The notes beneath the pieces are model-generated. The model worked only from the letters and a program-made list of their open reading frames with translations. It was not told the origin of the DNA and made no database searches. Both the position numbers and the translations under genes were made by a program. A stretch of 56,312 nucleotides of DNA, filler included, from Basidioascus undulatus (Eukaryota), in the NCBI GenBank assembly GCA_000826855.1. It is 4 parts of 4 records of this genome, joined end to end, with 100 filler letters (N's around TTAATTAATTAA, not from the genome) between each part and the next. Parts side by side here need not be neighbours in the genome. Positions count along the whole stretch, not along the records: positions 28,213 to 42,214 come from JTLS01000764.1; positions 42,315 to 56,312 come from JTLS01000765.1; 2 more parts are not named here. The stretch is one strand, 5' to 3'. Shown here piece after piece: positions 38,604-50,227 of this stretch (position 1 is its first letter; every line of letters starts with the position of its first letter).

Positions 38604-38918
38604 GACGCGTGGCAGAGTAGCAGGATATGGTGGTTCGGTGCAGGAAAGAAGACGCGTCGCAAAGTCGTGCTTTGACGCGTGCTCCATTTCTTTCGCTTTG
38701 ATTACATAAGCGACTGCCTGTGAAAGGCGTCTTCAATGCGTTCTCTCAAAATTCGACAGCTACGCTTAACCAGTCAGTCGTCTGCGAACTCTGACAAGAG
38801 GCAGCGGAAATCACCCTCCCGAATCTCAAGCAAAAGCACCGCATCAATGCCGGTCTTCTCTCTCCTTCTCCATCTCTCCCTACTCCTCTCCTCTCCCCCC
38901 GCTCTCCATCTCCACGCT

Positions 38919-41900
38919 CTAGAACCGCACCGCCGCGCTCTTCTCCACGCCCTCGATGTCCACCTTGTGTCCGACCAGATCCCGGATGTTGTTGATGCCG
39001 TACCTGCACAACGCCAGCCGGGCCGACAAGATCAGTTTCCCAGAGTCCTCTAAAGGACCGACCGCGGGAGTGGGAGTGGAGAGGGAGACAAAGGGAGGAA
39101 AGGGGAAGGGGAAGGAGAAAGACAAATACACACTTGATCATCGTCGGCCGCTCCAGACTCAGCCCGAAGCCAAGCACGCGCACGTCCTCGGGGATGCCCA
39201 TGGGGAGGAGCATCTCGGGGCGGAACATGCCGCTCTGTGCCATCGAGCCACCCATCCGTCCATTCATCCATCCGTTCCCGAATCAGCACCTCCCCCGCTC
39301 ACCACGCGATGTCAAACAGCGGGAAGGGGAGGGGGCGCACGTTGCCGATCTCGACCCACTTGCCGAGGCCGTTGTGGTACGCGAAGATCTCGAGTGAGGG
39401 CTGCGCGCGAAAGAGCGTGAGTGGGGGAGGAGAGCAGGGAGAGAACGGGGAGGGGGAGACGGACCTCTGTGTACGGGTTGTAAGCCGGCTTGAAGCGCAG
39501 CTTGGTCATGCCCATCTTAGCTGTAACGCCCATCCCACCTCCCAAATCAGCCTTCCTCTTCCCTACTCCTTCCCCATCCCTTCTTCAGCCTTCCCGCAAA
39601 CTGACCAAAGAACACCTCCATGAACCTGTCCGCCCCACCTTCTTATCAGCTCACTCGCCCCTCGCCCTCTCCCGCTCCCCATCCTTTTCCGCCCCAAAAC
39701 AGACCCATAGTACGACCGAAAACAAACGCACCCGATCAAGTCCCCAAGCGTGAGGTTCCGGTCCGCGACGACGCCCTCGACCTGGTGGAACTCGGCGAGG
39801 TGGGTCATGTCGACCGCCTCGTTCCGGAACACGCGGTCGATGGAGAAGAGCTTGGCAGGCTTGTCCCACCCGCCCGCACGGGAGGCAAGCTCGTACAGGC
39901 ATGCGGAGGAGATGGCGGTAGTGTGCGTGCGGAGCTATTCCACAACACGTCCAAGTTCCCCAGCACATCCAGGTTCCCCAGGGTCAGCGATGAGCGGAGG
40001 GAGAAGAAAAGGGGAAGGGTAGAGAGGGATAGGGAAGGAAGGGAGAGGGGAACGCACCAAAAGCTTCTTAGCCTCCGCATCCGAGAATGGCGCGCGGTAC
40101 CCGATCGAGCCGAACCCGCCCTTCTCGTGCACCTCCTTGACGCGCGCAAAGTACGCCGGGTCGGGGTCGCCGGCGGTGCTAGGCTCTATTTCCATTATCC
40201 CACAATCCCCACGAATCACACCAATCCCGACAATCCAGCAATCCCAGCGATCTCATCAGCGCCCGAACGAATAAGGGGGTCGCAAGTGGGGTCGGAGGGC
40301 GGAAGGGAGGCGGGGGAGAAGAAGGAAGACAGAAGGGGCAAGAGGGAGGGGAGGAGCAGGAACGGACCCTTGATATAGAACGTATCCTGCATCTCGCGCG
40401 CGACATGCTGCTGGGGCACGAAAAGCGAGTCGAAGCACCAAAACGACGACTCGACAAACTGGTTCGTCGGCATCTCCCGGAATCTATTCCACCCACCAAC
40501 CCATCAACACACCCTTCCATCAGCTCCCTTTCCTCCCATACCTAAAGAGCTGAAAAGGCGAGGGAGAGGGAGAGGAAGAGGGGAAACTTGAGGAGACGCA
40601 CCCCATCTCAAAGAAGATGTTCCGGAACTCTTCGCGGACCTTGAGGAGCGGGTGAAGCGCGCCCCCGTTCGGGGGGGCGCCTGCTGCCGCGAAGTTGTAC
40701 TTTTTGAATTGGGCGGTCTTCCATGCGCCGCTGCACACCCACATCATCAAATCAGAAGGAGGCGAAGGGACAAGGGAGAAGGCGGGAGAATGGAGAAGGG
40801 AGGTGTGGGGAGAAGGGGGAAGAGAGAGGGAGGACGCACGACGCAAGCATGTCCGCCGTCAGGTCCGTCTCAAGCTGCTTCACCTCCGTCGCGAACTCGG
40901 GGCCCTTCTCGACCGAGAAGTGGAGGGTCTTCCTTCATTCCCACCATCCTTCCACACATCAATACCCCATCACCGGCTTCCGGAAAGGGAAAACGGAAGA
41001 GGAAAAGAGGAGGGGAGTGGAGAGGAGGGGGAAACGCACTTCTGCACAGCCAACTTGCGCTTCCGCAAGTCCGCAAGCTCCTTGTCCCCCCCGAGCTCCT
41101 TCGGGAGCGTGCCCGTCGACGCGACTGTGCTGAGAACGGGGATGATGCTGTCTGTAATTTGGGGGACCTGCAGAGCGGTTGATTGAGCAAGGCAGAGGGG
41201 GTAATGAGGCAAGAGGGAAGAGGGAAGAGGGTAGGAGGAACGAGGAAGGTAGAGGGGATAGGAGGATGGAAGAGGAGGCAGACACGCACGGCTTTCACGA
41301 ACTTGTCCCCCTTCTTCGCAATCCACTTGTTCTTGAACGCCCGACCCTGCCCAATCTTGGTCGTCTCTTCTCCAAGCTTGGACTGCACACCACATCACCA
41401 CACCACACCACACCGTACCACACCGCACCACACCATACCGCACCACAACTCAGCTCTCCAGACGCAGGGGAAGATGAGGAGAGGTGAGGGAAACGCACCT
41501 TGAGCTCCGCAACGCTCAGCCCCTCGCCCTCGCCCTCGAGCGGGAGCGCCCCCCACACGCGCGCCTCGTGGCTTCCCGAGGAGCGGAGGAGGGACCCTTC
41601 TTCGGTCAGGACGTGGGTGATCGTCTCGTGGTGCTTGTAGGCTATCATCTGTCCCGCACCACCCAGACATCAGTCTCCTCTTCTTTCTTCACCCGTTCTT
41701 CCCTCTCCTCCGCTCTTTCCGGGAAGAGAGGCAAGGGAAACATGGGCAGCAAGGGGGGTTCCCGGAACCCACCTCCCGAGACTGCAAGCTCGCCAACGCA
41801 GCCTGCACGGCGGGCTGGTCCTCGGGGGCATCGAGGGTGCAGCCGTCGAGCTGGAGTGCGCGCGAGTCGGGGATGCTGGAAGACGGGGAGGACGCGAGGG

Positions 41901-41946
41901 TGTTGAGGATCAAAGACTGCAACGTCTCGGTTGATGGGGGTGCCAT
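38919..41946 (-). CDS. FRS2: Cytoplasmic phenylalanyl-tRNA synthetase alpha subunit
   Basis: [115 protein letters not shown]. Confidence 0.97.
41387..41447 (+). repeat. Imperfect (CACCA)n microsatellite within an FRS2 intron
   Basis: About 12 degenerate pentamer copies. Confidence 0.85.
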
Positions 41947-42214
41947 GCTGGGCAGATAGCGTGAAGGAGTGTGGGTGGGTAGAGTGTTGAAGGGAGAAGG
42001 CAAGCTCGAAGCGAGTCAAGTGCGGCTAGGGCCGCAAAGGTATCGGACGGTGAGTTCAAGCGGAGAGATGCGTGACACAGCGTCTCCCGCGCATGGAGGT
42101 TGGGCGTCTTCCTGTCTTCCCGCTTGCCTTGGCTTGCCGTTTGCCTTCTTCCCTTCGAATTCCCATCGAATTCCGCCAGGATGTGGCTCTCCTCCGCCCC
42201 CGGCCCCGACCTAA

Positions 42215-42314
42215 NNNNNNNNNNNNNNNNNNNNNNNNNNNNNNNNNNNNNNNNNNNNTTAATTAATTAANNNNNNNNNNNNNNNNNNNNNNNNNNNNNN
42301 NNNNNNNNNNNNNN
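42215..42314. other. Artificial contig linker
   Basis: N44-TTAATTAATTAA-N44. Confidence 0.99.
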
Positions 42315-42617
42315 GGGCGGGCGGGCCGATGGGCCAGTGGGGCGTGGAAAGGGTGAGCGAGGCACTGTGCTCGAGGGCGAGGAGGGTCGCGGAGGATGGG
42401 GCCGGAGATGAGGATACGATTGGGGCGTGCCCATTTAGTGCGAGGGCTGCGGAGGCGGGGGTGGAGTATCCGGGGGGGAAGATGGATGGTGAGTTGGCTT
42501 TTTGTTCAGTTTCGGGCTGTGAACAGTTGGCCCGGATTGCTGATACGCCATGGGACAGATATCTCGGTACTGGTTGCGGTGATTGCTGGAGATGAACACG
42601 CGTCTTCACCTCCATAG
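42315..42617 (+). CDS. PTC7: 3' end of PTC7-type PP2C protein phosphatase
   Basis: CPFSARAAEAGVEYPGGKMD|DISVLVAVI with intron 42489-42558, matching the GGKxDDIxV C-terminal motif. Confidence 0.75.
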
Positions 42618-43249
42618 CAAGCACTTCCTGTACGTTCTTCCCTCTCCGCCTTCCTCCCTTCCCTCCACTCTCTGAGCCCCCTCCTACACAGATGCCTTCC
42701 CTCCTTTGTCTCGCCATCTTGTTGTTGTTCCCCACCCCTCACCCGGACAATACAATTCCCCTCCTCTTCCCATTCCCTTCCTCCTCCGCGCCTATACCAT
42801 GTAGATCCCCTTTCTCCTACTCTCACCTCCTCCCTCCCATCCTTCATCCGCAAAACCCTCGTATCCTTGGACCTCCCCCGCCCGCCCCTGATTGAGAAGT
42901 GTATCCGCCGCTGTGCCGCCGCGCTTTTTTGAGCTCTTGGGCTCTTGGCTACCTCTTTGCTGGAGCGAGTATGCATTGGGGCATGCTGCCGCTGCCGCCG
43001 GAGGTGTGCTGCAGTGCTCGAGCTCTGGCAGCTCGTGGACAACTATTGCCGGGTCGCGTCTGCAGCCGGCCTTTCTGTCAGATAAGCCATGCAGCTGGGC
43101 AGCACGTCTTGTTTGGTCTGTTTCTCTAGTTGTGGGCCTGCTTGCAGTCGCAGGCAGCGGCACGATGGGAACCTCGCGTGTACAGTGCCCTATACCACCT
43201 CTTCCCACGTCGCTCGCAGCTCCCGCCTTGCACCCGCTCAGCCTCTGCT

Positions 43250-45960
43250 AATTTTTGAAAGAAGAAAGGGCTTAAAAAGGCAGCATAGATATTTTTAAAC
43301 GCAGAATAAATATGTTTCTCAATTAAGTTGAAGTAAAAAAAAGAGCGGGGCGTCATCGTCCGGAACAGTGACCAGACCAGACTCCTTCCGCACCGTGCCC
43401 ACTGGGGAAGTAGGAAGCACTGCAGGAAGCACTATCAAAAGTCTATTGAGCATGGTAGGTGCCCAATTGTGCCAGCAAAAGGTTCTGTCTGGTAACTGGC
43501 AATGTTGGAAGGCTGCCACTATGAATGCTGGACTGAGTGTCCACCCGCTGGATAATTCTCTATGGGCTGGACAGGATGTCCGCCAGATGGACAGGTTATC
43601 TTCTCGCTAGACAGCTCCCATGGACTGGATAGAGTGTCCGCTTGGCAGACAGAACGTCCACCTGACGCACAGAGTGTCTGCCCAATGGACAGCAGGCCCG
43701 CCCGCTGGACAAATCTCCACTGGCTGGGCTGTGTTCACACAATGAACCGATTGTCCGCCTGCTGAATCAATTTGCTGGAAAAATCTTCTGGGCTAGACAG
43801 GGTGTCTGCCTGCTGGACACAGTGTCCGCCCGTTGAGAGGTTCTCCACGTGGCAGAGGAGTTTTCCCACACTGCCGAGGGTTTCTCCACCCCATTGCGGA
43901 TGTCTCCATGCCATGGAAAGATTCTCCATTTGGCAGAGGGTGTCTCCAGGTGATATAGAGGTTCTCCATCAGGCGAAGAGGTTCTTTACACAGCGGAGAG
44001 GAGTTGCCCCCCACTGCTGAGGGGTTCTCCACCCCGGTGAGCACATCTCCATGCTATGGAGAGATTCTCCATCTGGTGGACAGTGTCTCCAGGTGGCGGT
44101 GAGATTTACCCTCTGACAACATTGCCAAGAAGCTGCAAGCCATAAGGGGCGAAATAGAGGCATCAGAGCAAAGGGGCAAACAGGGGTCAGGGTGGTAGAG
44201 ATCTACATAATGTAGATGACTTTTTGTTGTGGGAGTTGGGCTGTATTGTAGTTGTATGTCTGTAGCACCAAGGTCCCATTTTCAGTGCACTTTAATTTGC
44301 ACGAGAAGGTGAGAAACAGGCAAAAAGCTGTGATTTCTTCGACCGGTTCCGACTTCATTGACGGATAATTGGCTCCAGATCCCCACGAACACTACTGACG
44401 GCTGCTGTGCAGCAGCCCCCATTCTTTCAATGTTGCCTCCAAAAACATGTGCACTCACGGGCATGGTTTTGGAACATTATAGTGTAAATGGGAGAGTGAA
44501 GATGAAAGGTTGAGGAATGTGGCCCAACCCAAGCCGTCTCTGAAAAGCCAGCATTTGAGCTGTACTTTGCACTCGAAGCAAAATTGGACGCTTTGTTCTG
44601 TTGCCCCTCTTAGAGCATGCTCCTTAACAGGACTGTGGTGTGCTTTAAGTTGTAACAACTTCAGAAGTATATCTACAGTTTCCTTTGAGACTGCAAAGCT
44701 AAAAAAAAAATGAGTGCTGAATTGAGTAAACATGAAAACTTGACCCTTGAGTTCAGTGCATCTTGCCTTTCAAGCCCAGCCTCCAAGCCCCGCTTCTGGA
44801 GGTCAGTTGCCTGCAACCGGAGCAGGGGCTTGTGTCGAGCAGAATCCTGAACCCGCTTCCCGTGTTGGCCGGGGGATGTGGTTGTAGGGTACACCCATGG
44901 TTTTCTTGATAGTGCTTTGCGGGTTTAGACAGCGGAAGGACTAGTCCCTCATTTCCTGTTTCAATTCCCCTGAATCAGCTTGGAAGTGCGCACAGCATGC
45001 TTAGTCTCCGTCAGCAGTTTACGCGCATTATATATATGAATTCAACTTGTCAGTTCAAGTGCTTGATTCTCTCAGTTTACTTGTGTCTGCATTTCAGCTG
45101 TAAGTTGCCCCTTTGCCAGTCACAGCCAAATTTGCCAGCATTGTGTGCATGCTGACAAGCTTTGACAAGTACTGAATATGCCTGCTTCTCTTTTATTGAC
45201 TAATCTGTATAGTTATGCAATATTGCCATTCCGCTAGACAGGTGCCGTCAGAACGGTCAATGCTGCTTGCATTTGCAAAGTTTGGTCCTTTCCTCAGGAC
45301 CAGTTAGGCTTTGTTACAATTCTGCTTTGTTACAATTCTGGTGATTTTGACACTACCCATCAAGTGTGAGCTTCTTCAATCTGATCCACGTTGTAGGGAT
45401 GTCAGGAGCACATGGGCAAGTGGGACAGGCTCCTCCAGGGTGCCACTTTTGCATACTTGCTCTTCCTCAGCAGTTGCCTAGACATTCTTTACATGGACTT
45501 TGGCTGACATAGGGGTGAAGTGGTCTTGGGTGGGCAAGATTGCTATCGCCCTTGATCTGGTTCTTTCCACCAAGCATCAGCACTCCAGGCAGAATCAGAA
45601 GAGCAGAACCAGTAGATCTTACATTCAGCTGTCTGGCCTTCTCGAGGCAGCTGGAGTGCCTGAAGTTGAAAAATTACTTCTTGCTTCCATTTCAGGGTCT
45701 GGGTGCTGTCCCTTAGAAACACCAAGATATATTTGATTAGATTCGCGGTGGCCAATTGAGTGTACTGGTGTGATTGCAGGTTTGTCGTGCTGATTTCCAG
45801 ACTTTGCTAAGGGGCGTGGATGTGAGAATGGTTTTCATCGTAAAAGTCTGATAGACCCAGGTGCAGGTAAAATCTCATTCTGCATTGATGTACATGCCAA
45901 TGCCCCACCTCTCTCAAGCACTCCAACATAACTCAATGGATCCATAGCATCTTTAATTGT
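43250..45960. mobile_element. Lower-GC, CpG-poor repeat/transposon relic (family unidentified)
   Basis: Compositional shift, TpG/CpA excess, no credible ORF, internal repeat array. No transposase motif recognised. Confidence 0.45.
43528..44115. repeat. Degenerate ~20-bp palindromic-unit array
   Basis: GGACA-n3-TGTCC-like units at 43530, 43550, 43569, 43589, 43609, 43627, 43647, 43667, 43687, 43707..., grading into GGAGA-n-TCTCC units; higher-order duplicate ~43835-43952 / ~43975-44096. Confidence 0.85.
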
Positions 45961-47535
45961 ATGCAATACCAAAAGACTCTTGTGGATGGGGAATCGGACC
46001 TGCCGCACGCAGTGACGGCCCTCTCCCTTAAGTATCTTACACACACGCACACACTAACAGCTCCTCTGAGTAGCATGTCCGATTGCGCGGATGCGCCTAC
46101 CTCTTGCATCGTATGCTGCATTACTTCCAAGAGCATCTTGATTGTTGATGCTGATGCAAGACGTGTTTTGGCATCGCCACTCTTTCCAGGAGTGCAGGCA
46201 CCAGCCATCGGATTCCATCTTCGACGTTCGACGCTGCTCGCAGCCGCAGCGAACGATGCAGACCTCATATGCGGTTGAGACCCAATCTCGGCAGCCCCAC
46301 CGTCGCCCTGATGCAAAAGCTGATATCTTGAAGATTGCCTCTTAATGATTGGCTCGGTCATAGAACTCGGTCATAGAACAAATCATGATAATGATTCAAC
46401 CTTCTCGAGCTTGCACGCTTCGTGCTGCAGACTGCCGCTACGGGACCTGGTGTGTTCCAGGCCAAGAGCATATTCGACCCCTCCCTGAATTCCAAGAAGA
46501 TTGAGGTTCGCAATCACCAAACCCAGTCCATCACCGACCGCGATCGACAACCTTCCTGACAATCCTGTGATGGACACGTGAAACTCTCTCTTCTCTGCCG
46601 TCGTTCAGGTCCCTTCTCGTCTCCTCTCGCACATCACACTCGACCATGTCCATCGCACGCAAAGGGGAGTAGATGGCGCACCAACCGTCCGCACCGCGAC
46701 TCAACCATGTCCACACGACGCCGGCGGGCAGCTCGAATGGAGGAGGAAGAGGAAAGCTGGCGCAGGGTCCGGGACGACCGCGCAGGCGGTCGTCGGCTTG
46801 CGAGCACCTGACGCTCAGGTCGCATATCGATACTACTGTGCCGCGCCCGAGTGTGAAGCAGAACCATAGCGCTGGAGGTAACGGGAACGGAAGGACCTGG
46901 AACGGAGCGCATGAGGTACGTGCAGTCCCCCTCCCTCTTCCCATCCCCCAGGCAGCTTCACACCCACCAGCCCTGCCACCACCAGCCGAGCACCATCCCC
47001 CTCCCCATCCACGCGCTTTCCGCAACCTCCAGCGCAAGCCCGCCCCTAACCTCACCCTCCCCGCGCACACCCCCCGCCAACAACGGACATAAGCTCCCCG
47101 CCGCGTCCCCCGCGGCGGTGCTCATCGACGGGAGGGTCGCGCACGTCGCTACGCCGTTTCCTTTTGGAGAGCCGGAGGCGGAGGGGTTGAAGGATCGGGA
47201 GGGGGCGGGGGCGATGTGAGGAGAGGCGTGCGCGATAGGGTGCTTTTGGAAGTAGTAATGACGAGGGTTCGGTCGTCTCGCCTTTTCGCTTCCTTTGTTG
47301 TACCATGAATACTAGCACCTCAAGGGATGAATGTGGTACTGCTTGTCTGATGCGGTCAATGAAACATCCCTGTTAGAGCCTGGCAGCCAACCGCAGCGAG
47401 TCCAATGGGTTGAAACGTATTCCCATATGGCCCTGTCAGGCAACCGTGCGCTCAAAAGGAAAGGATCCCATGGTATCCTTATCGAACTTTTGCTGTGTAA
47501 GACTGGATCACTGCACACCACGAGAAAGCGCGGTC

Positions 47536-48456
47536 TCAAAGCTTGGATCTATCCTCGAGCAGGTCCGCGTTCGCGCTCGCCACTTCTACAAGATAGCGTC
47601 CTTCCGAATGCGCAGGGTCAGCGGAGAAAACAAAAGCGCGTACATCCGCGTGATTCCAGGACACGGCTGCAACATGAACTGTCATAAGCGTCTGGGCTGG
47701 GAGGAGATGAAAGCGTGCTGCACGTACTGTTGTACCATGACTGGCGTTGGTAAAAGGTTTTGTCAGTTCAGCCGCAGCCGAACCGGAGAGCTCAGGGATG
47801 ACTGCATACCGTTTCCGGGGGCGTGAGTATAAGATGTCGCATGAAGTCCTGTGCAACAGACTACCGTCAGCTTAGCCACTGCGTGCCAGCGGGATCAGTC
47901 GCAAACGTACCCCATGCGATACCACAACCACGACCTCCTCCTCCCTCTCCCACAACCAATCCCTCACCCACCTGGCCCTCTCATCCACCACCTGCTTCCC
48001 AACCCCACAGCGGCCCTCCTTCCGCTCCCACCCCTCCCCCAACTGCCTTACGACCTCCTCCCCGAACTCCTCCGCAAGCCTCGAGCGGGGCGACCCCGTA
48101 TCGCACTGCGACCCGCCGCACTCCTGGAGCTCCGGCAGCAGTACCCGGGGGATCTCAGGCGGAAAGTGGAGGGCCGTTTGGAGCGTGCGGCGGAGAGGCG
48201 AGACGACGATGAGGGTTGAGGAAGGGGAGAATGGGGGCAGCGCGCGGGAGAGGCGGGCGGCTTGCACGTAACCCCAGGTTGTGAGAGGGGGATCTGGGAT
48301 GGATGAGGGGTCGTGGTAGTTGTTCGAGGATGGGTGCGATGAGAGGTTGTGCTCTGCCTATGCAAGTCGGTTGACAGTCAGCGCAGTAGCTCGACTTGAT
48401 TGCTCGATAGTCAGTACCTGGCCGTGCCGGATGAGATAAAGTATCTTCGGAGGCAT
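47536..48456 (-). CDS. Histidine phosphatase (phosphoglycerate mutase-like) with C-terminal SKL
   Basis: MPPKILYLIRHGQAEHN, DPPLT..G..QA, VVSPLRRTLQTA, LQE...CDTG, VVVSHG; 13-nt exon 47740-47728; ends DRSKL*. Confidence 0.9.
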
Positions 48457-48639
48457 ATTCGCAGATCAAAAGGTCAGTACAACAAGAGAGATGGTCGTGG
48501 TTCGTGGTCAAGGGTCAAGCAGTCGAGATTCGACGCAGCTCGATTGCCGACTTCCTGAGCCGGCTTCGCACGAGCCGGCTCTTGTTCTCCACCATCGCGT
48601 GTCTTGTTCGCGTCGCCCTCTCTCGCTCTCGCTTCCACC

Positions 48640-49566
48640 ATGGCCTCTTCCGCCCGGCAGACCGAAATCAATGCCGCGGATCTCTCGCTCGCGCAGCTGG
48701 CGGAGGAGAAGAAGCAGCTCGACGAGGTGCGCCCGCCCCTCCAGCGCTCAGAAGACGTGGGCAGCGCTCACGCGATGTGGACGGCGTGTGCAGGAGCTCT
48801 CGCACTTGACGCAGAGCTTTGCGCAGCTCAAGCGCGCGCAGGCTCAGTTCCGGAGCTGCGTCGCTAACGTGGAGTCTGTCAAGCCGGCGAACAAGGGTGT
48901 GTTCGCGTCGCTTGCATCCCGTCCGCGCTTTTAGAGCTGATGAGAGTGAGGAGGACGAGCAGACAAGCAGATCCTCGTCCCGCTGACAACGTCCCTATAC
49001 GTGCCGGGGAAGTTGATGGATGTGGAGAATGTCATCGTGGATGTGGGGACTGGGTACTACGTGAAGAAGGTGCGCCCATCCTCAAGCTGGGGGTCGGCGG
49101 GAAGGCGGAGGAGCACCGCCTGCTGACGGTTGTTTCGCTGGACGGGCAGACGACGGACCAGGCGAAGAAGCACTACTCCGATAAGGTGTCGTTTGTGGGG
49201 AAGAATTTGGAGCAGCTGCAGACGGCTATCGAGCGGAAACAAGACGTGAGTTTGCGCAGGTCCCTCTCTCCAGGCTGGTATGGTGGTCGGCTGGTTGGTG
49301 TTTGCTCGGCTGGTCGGCGAAGATTACATGCGTGGTCTTCAGGGGGCACTATGTCCTTGGGAGGAGGCGCATGGGCAGCGAGGATGAGAGGGCGTCGACG
49401 GCGCGCGGGAGGATGGGAACCGACCGTATCGCTCCCGCATGGTACAACCCTGAACCGGTCTTTGCTGACACCCTGACCCCTCTCTCTGTGGACTCTACAG
49501 AACGTGAACACCGTCCTGCAAATCATGCAAGCAAAGATTTCTGCGGGAGAGAAGATGGAGGGTTGA
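48640..49566 (+). CDS. GIM5: Prefoldin subunit 5
   Basis: DLSLAQL...[50 protein letters not shown]. Confidence 0.95.
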
Positions 49567-50227
49567 GGGCGACGACTGCCGGGTTGCCAGACGGGCGCGC
49601 TTCTGTAACACCATATCGCATCTGCACACGCATCGTCACCGCAGAGGTCCGGGGGGAAAGTTTGCAAGCGCTTTCAGCTGAAACTGTGTGTATTTTTGTT
49701 GTGGAAGCCGAGCGTCATTTGGCGGGCATCCCAGTCATCTTCGCTAGCAGAAGTGCCTCCGGCCGCGGTTTGAATTTCACCTCGTGCCCTCACTGACTTG
49801 TCAACGACGCTTAGGCGCCTCGCATCGTGCCCTCATGCCACTCGCTGCTCGATCGAAGTTGGACCAGCCGGTATGCATCCCCTTATGCGTGTCTCTGATC
49901 TCATATGCGTCCCGTCCCATTTATAAACTACCGATACCAACGAGCATAGTACTAACTCGGCGTACCCTTCGCCGGGTGGGCCGAGCGACACTACTGTGCT
50001 TGAACCGTCGCGCCAGTGGACATAGCTCACATTCCCTGACCTCCTCTTTCGCTCCGACGCCTCGAGCTCGCTCTGCAGCTGCAGGATGGTCCTCTCCTCC
50101 TGCCCATCATCACCACCGCGTCTCTTCTATAACTCCTCGCCGTCCCGGCCGCGCGTCTCAAGTGCACCGCCCCGTCGAATTCGAACCTTTCCACCACACT
50201 CGCTTCACCCTTCACACTCTTTTGCAA

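Noticed and set aside
14009..42314. TTAATTAATTAA motif recurring every ~14.1 kb
   Set aside because: Synthetic six-frame-stop linker between length-sorted contigs; not biological, and cross-linker gene neighbourhoods are meaningless.
43528..44115. CRISPR-like array
   Set aside because: Units are degenerate, linkers only 5-7 nt, no cas genes, eukaryotic context.
45930..47220. ORFs 45933-46361, 46673-47092, 46911-47219
   Set aside because: No recognisable domain and interrupted frames; possibly decayed sequence, but no call can be supported.
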